Shown one piece after another: positions 26,801 to 37,500 of a stretch of 64,000 nt of DNA. The position numbers and the translations under genes are program-made. This DNA comes from Octopus bimaculoides (lineage: Eukaryota), in NCBI RefSeq assembly GCF_001194135.2, contig NC_068981.1, forward strand, positions 182,305,075 to 182,369,074, in the 5' to 3' direction. The notes below the pieces were generated by a model, which saw nothing but the letters and a program-made list of their open reading frames with translations, did no database searches and was not told the DNA's origin. Numbering within the stretch: the first letter of the stretch is position 1; each line of letters begins with the position of its first letter.

Positions 26801-28313
26801 TGGGTAGAGGTAGGAGTCCATCAAGGATCAGTCCTCAGATCCCTCTTATTCATCATAGTCCTGCAGGCAATAATAGAAGAATTCAAGACAGGATGCCCCT
26901 AGGAACTTCTCTATGCTGATGACCTTGCTTTAGTAGCTGAGTCACTATCAGAACTAGAGGAAAAGTTTCAGGTGTGGAAGCAAGGTCTAGAATCGATGGG
27001 CCTTAGAGTCAATCTAGCAAAAACAGAAGTCTTAATAAGTAGGAAGGCAGACAAATCACAAATCCCTTCAGGTAGATGGCCCTGCTCAATCTGTAGAAAG
27101 GCGTAGGTAGAAACTCCATAAGATGTACCTGGTGTAAGCTATGGACACATAAGAGGTGCAGCAATATCAAAGGAAGGCTAACTGGGAAGATAGTTTTTGT
27201 GTGTGGCAAAATGCTCAGGAGCAATAAACACTGAAAATGTGCAGAAAACAGTTTCTGTCACATGCCAGGGGAAAAAACTAGAAGTAATTGATAGCTTCCG
27301 TTACCTAGGTGAAAGGGTATTCAAACGGGGTTGTTGCCAGTGCCGCTGGAGTGGCTCCTGTACGGGTGTCACGTAGAAAGCACCATTTGAGCGTGGCCGA
27401 TGCCGGTGCCGCCTGACTGGCCCTTGTGCCAGTGACACGTGAAAGCACCCACTGCACTCTCGAAATGGTTGGCGTTGGGAGGGGCATCCAGCTGTGGAAA
27501 CTCTGCCAGATCGGATTGAAGCCTGGAGCAGCCATCTGGTTCGCCAGTCCTCAGTCAAATCATCCAACCCATGCCAGCATGGAAAGCGGACGTTAAACGA
27601 TTATGATGATGATGGTGTTATATTTTATTTTGTTTACAACATAAATCTCAAATGGTATCAAATAATATTAGTCATCTAACCTATGATCATAAAAAAAACG
27701 CATAAGAAACCACAACAATGTCTACAGAATTAAATAATTAGAAATAATTGGCTTACCATTTACTGTATGTCCTGCTTGTACTCACTATGTTGCACAACTG
27801 TGGTTGTTACAAGTTATGGTGCAAGCGTTTGTTCAAACAGACTGTATACGTGTTAAGAACATGTTTCATTCTTTGATACAGATCATACACAAATCACAAT
27901 TTGTATCAAGTATTTGTTTTATACCCTTATAAATTAAGTGTCAGTTTAAACGGACGATCAGCATGAATGGGTTAAGATAACGAGGTATGGAGTAAATAAG
28001 ATAGATGATAGCTGCTACATGAATTTTGGTTTTCTTCAGAACAAGCACAAATAGACATACATAATATATTTCTCTAAAGGAAAAATTGAATCTTGTATTA
28101 CTGATGTTTTTATAACCTGTTCAGCCATGGCTTGTAGTTCGTTAATAATATATATATGTATAGGCACAGACATGGCTGTGTGGTAAGAACCTTGCTTCCC
28201 AACCACCTGAGTTCAGTCTTGTTACATGGAACCTTGGGCTAGTGTCTTCTACTATAGCCTCAGACTAATCAAAGCCTTAAGAGTGGATTTGGTAGACGGA
28301 AACTGGAAGAAGC

Positions 28314-28369
<56 letters not shown>

Positions 28370-28533
28370 CATGTGTGTGTGTGTATTTATGTGTGTGTCT
28401 TCGTGTTTATCACCCCACCTTTACTTGACAACTGATGTTGGTGTGTTTACGTTTCCATAACTTAGCGGTTCGGCAAAAGTGACAGATAAAATAAGTACTA
28501 GGCCACAGTCAAATTACTGAAACAAGTAAAAGA

Positions 28534-28568
<35 letters not shown>

Positions 28569-31500
28569 GCACCCATGTCGGTGGCATGTAAAAACACCCA
28601 TTACATTCTCAGAGTGGTTGGCATTAGGAAGGGCATCCATCCCTAGAAAACCATGCCAAATCAGACTGGAGTCTGGCGCAGCCTTCCTGCATGCTAACCC
28701 AGTCAAACCATCCAACCCATACCAGCATGGGCAATGGCCGTTAAATGATAATGATAATATATATATATATATATATATTTTGTTGTTGTACTTGGGGATG
28801 GTCATATTGCCAGTTTAGCCAATAAAAACACACGCACTGTATATTTGGTGTTAATTTTTTTTTTTTCAGCTTTATATTACATTAATCTTAATCTTAATCT
28901 TATTTCGGCCAGAGTTCTTTCGTCACACTTCTGTGACCTCATCAGTGGTCCTTTGTTTCCCTCTTTCTTATGTGTGTCTCACCTTGCTAACTATCAGCCA
29001 TTTTGTATTTTGTATTCCTATTGTACGTGTCTACGCATGCGTGTCCNNNNNNNNNNNNNNNNNNNNNNNNNNNNNNNNNNNNNNNNNNNNNNNNNNNNNN
29101 NNNNNNNNNNNNNNNNNNNNNNNNNNNNNNNNNNNNNNNNNNNNNNNNNNNNNNNNNNNNNNNNNNNNNNNNNNNNNNNNNNNNNNNNNNNNNNNNNNNN
29201 NNNNNNNNNNNNNNNNNNNNNNNNNNNNNNNNNNNNNNNNNNNNNNNNNNNNNNNNNNNNNNNNNNNNNNNNNNNNNNNNNNNNNNNNNNNNNNNNNNNN
29301 NNNNNNNNNNNNNNNNNNNNNNNNNNNNNNNNNNNNNNNNNNNNNNNNNNNNNNNNNNNNNNNNNNNNNNNNNNNNNNNNNNNNNNNNNNNNNNNNNNNN
29401 NNNNNNNNNNNNNNNNNNNNNNNNNNNNNNNNNNNNNNNNNNNNNNNNNNNNNNNNNNNNNNNNNNNNNNNNNNNNNNNNNNNNNNNNNNNNNNNNNNNN
29501 NNNNNNNNNNNNNNNNNNNNNNNNNNNNNNNNNNNNNNNNNNNNNNNNNNNNNNNNNNNNNNNNNNNNNNNNNNNNNNNNNNNNNNNNNNNNNNNNNNNN
29601 NNNNNNNNNNNNNNNNNNNNNNNNNNNNNNNNNNNNNNNNNNNNNNNNNNNNNNNNNNNNNNNNNNNNNNNNNNNNNNNNNNNNNNNNNNNNNNNNTAAG
29701 GGATTTGATAGGGTTGCCTGGCCTTTCAACAACCTTAATTCTTAGCTTAAGTTTGTCTAGGGCCCTTCTAAAGCGGTACGCCAGTTCGCCTCTAGGGGTG
29801 GTGTTGACGAACATGACGCTTTGGTACTTGTGGCTATTGTACCATGAGCTTGCCTTCCCTATTTTCTTCTTAGTTCTTTCTATGGTGTTCCATGATTTGC
29901 TCCTATAGAGTGGGCAAATCCCATTCCTATCGTTGCGTTTGATTGTTTCAAACTTCTTCATAGCTCCTTTGTAAACCCTGATCCTTTCTTTATGGCTGTA
30001 ACCCGAGAACTGCATGCGGTGGACGAAATGTTGTATATGTCTCTTTAATTCTGTATATATATATATATATATATATAGCCCACTCTATGGAGTGGTTGGT
30101 GTTAAGAAGGTTATTCAGCTGTAAAAAACCATGACTAAACAGACAAAGAAGCATAGCGCAAGCTTCTGCTTGGCCATCTCCTGTCAAACCATCCAACCCA
30201 TGCCAGCATGGAAGGAGGACGTTAAACGATGATGATAGATAAATAGATAGATTGATGGATATATGTCTAATGTATTTCTGAATGTCTCTCTACTTCTGTG
30301 TTAATGTCTCAGGGTTGCCATTATTATTATATTTCCCACAATTCAAGGTACAGCAGTCAAAGCAAAATGGTGATGAAGAAGCCTTAAAGAAAGCTGTGAA
30401 TGAATATGATGATGCACTGGAAACGTAAGCTCAGAATTTATTTGTCATTTACATCTCTTTTGGCTCTGAATTTCTTAAAAGTTGCAGGTGTGGAGGTGTC
30501 GTTAAGAAGTTTGCTTCCAAGTTACATGGCTTTAGGTTCAGTCCCACTGCTTAGCACCTTGGGAAAATGTCTTCTACTATATCCCTGGTGTTGACTGAAG
30601 CCTTGTGAGTAGATTTAGTAGATGGAAACTGAAACAAACCTGCCATATATATATATATCATCATCATCATCATCGTTGTCGTTTAATGTCCGCTTTCCAT
30701 GCTAGCATGGGTTGGACAATTTGACTGAGGACTGGTGGACCAGAAGGCGACACCAGGCTCCAATCTGATTTGGCAGAGTTTCTACAGCTGGATGCCCTTC
30801 CTAACACCAACCACCCCGAGAGTGTATTGGGTGCTTTTACATGCCACCGGCACGAATGCCAGTCAGTCCCTCTCTCTCTCTTTTGGAGAGGCACAAACAC
30901 ATACACAGACATATACACACACAGCAGTAACTTCCGCCTACCAAATTCAATCACAGAGCTTCAGTCGGCTGTAGAAACTCTGCCAGATCAGATTGGAGAC
31001 TGGTGCAGCCATCTGGTTCGCCAGTCCTCAGTCAAATTGTCCAACCCATGCTAACATGGAAAGCGGACGTTAAACGATGATGATGAATATATATATGTGT
31101 GTGTGTGTGAAAATGTGTATATTTGTGTTTCCTTGTTCCAGTATTATATGGTGGTTGTAAATGAATGACATTCATTTCCAGTATTCTGCAAAAATATGTT
31201 TGACCTTGGAGAAATATTACTTTGCTTGGAAACAGATAGGGGATGTCAACAAGAAGACATCTGGCCATAGAGAGTCTGCCTCTTAACTCTATCTAACCCA
31301 TGCAAGCATGGAAAAGTGGATGCTAAAGCACTGATGGTGTATAATAGATTGTTTTTTCCTTTGCATTAAATTTTTATTATATATTTCAGTCAGTAGAAGG
31401 AGAAAGAACTATGAGAGAGACAGTCGTCATCATCATCATCATCTTCATTTAATGTCTGTTGTCCATGCTGGCATGGGTTGGACGGTTTGACTGGGCTGGC

Positions 31501-34500
31501 ATGTTGGAAGGCTGCACCAGACTCCAGTCTGATTTGGCATGGTTTTCTACGGCTGGATGCCATTCCTAACACCAACCACTCCGAGAGTGTAACAGGTGCT
31601 TTTATGTGCCATTTGCGTGACACTGGGGTGCATTTATGTGCCACTGGCACGATACTGTGGTGCATTTATGTGCCACTAGCATGGGTGCCAATTTGTATGA
31701 CATTGGTATCTGCCACAACTGCGATTTTGCTTGGCTTGATGGGTCTTAACTGCATTAAAATATATTTTAGAGAATATGTCTTTTTCTTTTATTAACTGCA
31801 ATTTGAGCGTGATCATTACCAACGTCACCTTACTGGCACGTGAAAAGACATTCGAGCGAGTTCGTTGCCAGTGCCCCTGGACTGGCTCTTGTGCAGATGG
31901 CACATAAAATACACCATTTCGAGCGTGGCCGTTGCCAGTACCTCCTGACTGGCCTTCGTGCCGGTGGCACGTAAAAGCACCCACTACACTCTCGGAGTGG
32001 TTGGCGTTAGGAAGGGCATCCAGCTGTAGAAACTCTGCCAAATCAGATTAGAGCCTGGTGTAGCCATCTGGTTCACCAGTCCTCAGTCAAATCGTCCAAC
32101 CCATGCTAGCATGGAAAGCAGACGTTAAAAAGAAAGAAAAGAAAAAAAATAGATTCTGTTGTTATTCACTAAAACTAACTTCCTTTTACTTGTTTATAAT
32201 GTTAGACAAACTAATTACAATAGTACCCTGTTTTATCATCAGAATTCTATAATGCCTTTCCTTAATAATTCCTAAACACTTCAAACATTATCCTCTTACA
32301 GGAAGAAAACAAAAAAAAAACATCAAAAGTTTACAAGTACTCTAAACATTCTTTATACTTGAGCTTGTAATTTCTATATGTGTGGCATATATATATATAT
32401 ATATAAAAAAGAAAGAAACAGGAAAAAACAACAAAACTCAATTAGATGTACACAGTAAATATATTAGATTGATACTTAGTGAAAGTTTTAGATAGGAAAA
32501 TAGGAGTGGAAATGATGTTTTTAGCCTGGTTCTGTGCCAAAAATATCCAGAGAAGAGGAAAATGAAAAAGAAGCAGAAAGTCTGGAAAACGCATGTGTGT
32601 CCATTCCATGGCTGGAAAATAACTGACCAGAAATTGGAGGGAGATAGAGAATATAGGTTTTGATGGTGGAAGATTGTGAAAAACGCCATAGTGTATGTTT
32701 GTGGAGTGTATATGCATGCAAATGTTTCTGTGTGTATGGGGGGATGGTAGTATGTGTGTGCATGGGAGACAATGGCAGTAGATGGACGTGGGGTTCAGGG
32801 GCTGGGTGATGCATGTGTGAGTGCATGGATGTGTGGTTGTGTGTGTATGTTATTGTTTGCATGTGTGTATATGGGTGAGTGCAAGTGTATGGCTGTCTGT
32901 GTGAGTGTGTGTGTGTTTGTGTATGTATATGGGTGAGTGTATGTTAGTGTTGGTAATGAGGTTTTTGTACATGCTAGGCTATGGAAACTTATGTGTGTGT
33001 GTACAGTAGATATGTATGTTGTGAGAGGGGGATATAAGTTGTGTATGTGGGTGTGTAGACATATGTGGACAATAAAAAGAAAAAAAATGTTAGCAATTAT
33101 AATATTTGGCAGTTGCTGCAACTTTTACATTTATGCCAATAATTTCTTTTTCTGCACATTAATAATTTGGGTGTTAAATAGTTGTGGTTCTCTAAAAAGG
33201 ATTCCATCATAATTCTGGACCATTATTCAATGGGCTTTATAATTCTTATAGAGGTTTAAACCTTTCGATACCAACCCGGCTGAAACTGCCCCTGGCTCTG
33301 TAGTACAAATGTCTTGTTTGCATAAGTTCTGAATTAAAATCTTCCACCAAACCTTAGTCACAATTTCTGTTCCTAACACTAGCTTAATAACAACTAAGTT
33401 ATTTTACTAAATTCTTTGTTATATTTAAAATTAATTGAAAGAAATACATGGCTCCAGGTTCAGTGGCACTTTGGGCAAGTGTCTTCTACTATAGCCTCGG
33501 GCCGACCAAAGCCTTGTGAGTGGATTTGGTAGACGGAAACTGAAAGAAGCCCATTGTATNNNNNNNNNNNNNNNNNNNNNNNNNNNNNNNNNNNNNNNNN
33601 NNNNNNNNNNNNNNNNNNNNNNNNNNNNNNNNNNNNNNNNNNNNNNNNNNTATATTTATATATGTATGTGTGTGTGTATATGTTTGTCCCCCCAACATCG
33701 CTTGACAACCGATGGTGGTGTGATGACGTCCCCTTAACTTAGCGGTTCGGCAAAAGAGACGATAGAATAAGTACTAGGCTTACAAAGAATAAGTCCCTGG
33801 GTCGATTTGCTCGATTAAATGTGGTGCTCCAGCATGGCCACAGTCAAATGACTGAAACAAGTAAAAGAGTAAAGAGAGCATCTCAAAATAAATCTGATAA
33901 CAAAAGGGTTAAACATGACTGTGTGGTTACAAACTTTGCATTGCAACTACATGGTTTTGAGTCAGGTTCCATTGTGCAGCACCTTGGGCAAAGGTCTTCT
34001 GCTACAGCCTTGGGTTGATTAGTATGTTTTGAGTGAAATTGGCAGATGGAAACTAAGAGGAAGCCTGTTGTGCACATGTATGTCTGTGTGTGTGTGTATG
34101 TGTTGTTTCACATGTCCTCAATAATTCTGCCTGAGCAACTGTGGTAGCTTTGTTTACAATTTATGGTAAGCAAAATGCCCTGTGGTTTCAGCTCACAATG
34201 TGTGAGGACAATAGAACTGGTACTTTTAATATAGTTGGGAAACGGGTAAGGGCTGGCAATTAGCAGAGCATCTGGTCATAGAAAAACCTGCCATAATAAG
34301 TTTAATGCCAGAAATTAATGTTTAATAATGTTTAATGCCTGAAAAACCTGCCATAGTAAGTTTAATGCCAGAAATAATAATGTTTAATGCCAGAAATNNN
34401 NNNNNNNAATAATGTTTAATGCCTGAAAAACCTGCCATAGTAAGTTTAATGCCAGAAATAATAATGTTTAATGCCAGAAATTAATGTTTAATAATGTTTA

Positions 34501-37500
34501 ATGCCAGAAAAATCTGCCATAATAAGTTTAATGCCAAAAATTAATGTTTGATAATGTTTAATGTCAGAAAAACATGCCATAATAAGTTTAATGCCAGAAA
34601 TAATAAGTTTAATGTATAAAAAAACCTGCCATAATAAGTTTAATGCTAGCATAGAAAAAATAACAACAGGCATAAAATCTGAATGAATAAAGTTGCTTTA
34701 CATCTAACTCAATGTTGTTGAATGAAGTTATTTATTAAGATCACATTTCTAGAGTGTATTTTAACCCTTTAGCATTCAGTCTAATCTGTCAACTGTAATG
34801 CCTACTTATTCATATTGTTTCAAATTAATTAAGCATTATCTCAGCTCTGCGATTTCCATGATGTGACTGTTTATTTTTAGAATGACATTGTAGGGTAGGT
34901 GTGAGAAGCTAAGTCAGGCTAGTTTGAACATAATGCAGGTCAAATATTTGGGCCAGATACGACTGGTTTAAATACTAAAGGGTCAATAAGCTTGCAGAAT
35001 GTTGCATAGTTTGACTGCATTATTTGGGAATGTATTTAAGTTGTTAAAGGAATTATCATAATGAAGTTTGTGTCTTATCTCATAGATACATCCCGATCTT
35101 GATGCAACAAGCTCGCATCCACTGGGATATGGAGAACTATGTACAAGTTGAGAAGATCTTCCAGACTTCAGTGGAATTTTGTAACGACCATGATATATGG
35201 AAGTTAAACGTTGCGCATGTCTTGTTTATGCAAGAAAAATATAAAGATGCTACAGGCTTTTATGAAGCCATTCTCAAGAAGAATTATGAACAAGTAAGTC
35301 ATTTTTCTCAGAAACTTATTTTAATGTCATTTTGTCTGCTAGAAATAACAGCCAAATTCTCTTAAGTTACACCATTAGCCAATATACAGGGTGTCCACAA
35401 AGTCTGGGTACATGGGGATTAACACATACTTTAAGAAATTATTATTTCTTATATTTAATTGTTAATGTTATGATTTTATTTACTCCATGTACCCACATGG
35501 GGATTAATACATACTTTAAGAAATTATTATTTCTTATATTTAATTGTTAATGTTATGATTTTATTTACCCCATGTACCCAGACTTTGTGGATACCCTGTA
35601 GATGTAAATAGGGTGGTGAGCTGGTAGAATCGTTAGCATGCTGGGTGAAATGCTTAGCAGTATTTCATCTGCTGGTATTTCTTTCTGAGTTCAAATTCCG
35701 CCGAGGTCAACTTTGCCTTTCATCCTTTCAGCATCAATTAAATAAGTACCAGTTACGCACTGGGGTCAATGTAATCGACTTAATCCCTTTGTCTGTCCTT
35801 GTTTGTTCCCTCTATGTTTAGCCCACTGTGGGCAATAAAGAAATAAATATAGATGTAAATATAGAAATGATGGTCATGCTTGGAATACCTTTCATCATTG
35901 GTCTATTTGGTTTGAGCCAAACTGGGCCAAACAATGAAAAGTCGTAAGAAATTATATTCAGTGAGTGGACAGGCAGATGGATGGACAGACAGATGAATGC
36001 ATTTTTTCATCTGTTTACATTCTGTGTTTTGCTTAAGAAAATGCTGAGCTATAAATAGTGAAGTTTGTTGTCATTCCCTCTTAATAAATCATCTGTTAGT
36101 TTTTGCACTTTCAAAGACATATGGGATAAAAATTTGGAAAACGGGTTAGTGGCTAGCAAAATGAAGGGCTTCCAGCTGTAAAACAGTGCTTCAATAATAT
36201 GTTTTTGCTTGATCCATTCTAGTCTGTAAAAAATGGGTATGAAATTAAACAAAATAAAGGATTGAACTGATGACCGTATAGTCAGTAGCTGAATCTATCA
36301 AACTTTATGGCCTTAAATAATCATCATTACTGTTGTTATAATCTAGTAAATTTATATTGTTTATATTTATTGTGATATCTTTCTAGTTACAAGACATCAG
36401 TGCAATTGTTTTGGCCAACCTTTGTGTCTCTTACATTATGACTAATCAGAATGAAGAAGTAAGTTTCTATTATTATTATTATACATATATTGTTAGGGTT
36501 GCACAAAGCAGCATTGAATAAAATATATATATGTGTTGGGTTGTCCAGAAAGTTCATGCTGATTTATAGTAGCTTACCTTTCGACTTATTTGCCATGAAA
36601 CCACCTCAATTCAGGGAAGAGGGTATTTTCAAGTTAAAGGAAAGATGGAGAAGCAATGTAACGGCAGGTATTTATTGACCTTTTTCTTTCCTTTAAAAAT
36701 CAGCACAAACTTTCCGGACAACCCAATACAATGATATGTAACGCATCTGTTTTCACTTGAACATGGAAAGACCTTTCACTGTGGCAATAGTTCCAGGAAA
36801 AGTTTCTTCTCTTAGGTGACATGTGTAAAAACACATTGGGTCAACAGCCATGAATACCAAATTCATCATTCACAGCCCAATCAGACTTTACACATGCCAG
36901 TAAATTTACTGCAAATTCACTGTTTGCTGTTCTTATATATCGGAAATATCCTTCTGATAGAGCTGTGAACAACAAATTTGGCATTTGTGGCTGATGACAT
37001 GTATCAGTGCAGAAACGTATGTGTCTCATGATCCAATGACATCTTTCACTGCCCAATGTTTTCATACATGTTGCCAAAGAAAAGAAATTTCTCTTGAGAC
37101 TATTTCCAAAGTGAGAGGTCCTGCATATCATGCACATCATCAATGGACAGCTTAATGCAAAATGAATTCTGAGTTGTATAAACACCAAACTGCACTATTT
37201 CGTGTTATGTGTAATTCATTTTAAATATTTTAGTGAAAGCTTCTTTGTGGTTTCTCAGCTGTCTTGAAATAGCAGCCAAATCTCCCTGAAATCACATCCT
37301 ACCATCTTAAAACAAAAACAAAGGACACATTAGATAACGTAATCTTAGATATCCTTTTAAAGACAGGATGGTCATGATTGAAATGCTTTTAATAAGTCTA
37401 CTCAATTAGATTTGACTTGTTAAACAATTTGCATTGCTCTCCTGTTCTACCACATATTCAAGCTACTTTTCTCTCAAGGCTCTCATTCTCCTAAAAGTAC

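Larger units (their letters stand above)
28779..30053 (-). mobile_element. 5'-truncated Penelope-like element; middle hidden in gap 29047-29696
   Basis: ORF fragment FVHRMQFSGYSHKERIRVYKGA...PLYRSKSWNTIER...WY...SVMFVNTTPRGEL...IKVVERPGNPIKSL resembles the recalled RT-thumb/linker region preceding GIY-YIG in PLEs. A hammerhead lies downstream on the same strand, and (TA)n flanks both sides. Confidence 0.7.

Noticed and set aside
32438-33212. Cluster of His/Thr- or Val/Cys-rich ORFs
   Set aside because: Translations of (GT)n low-complexity DNA.
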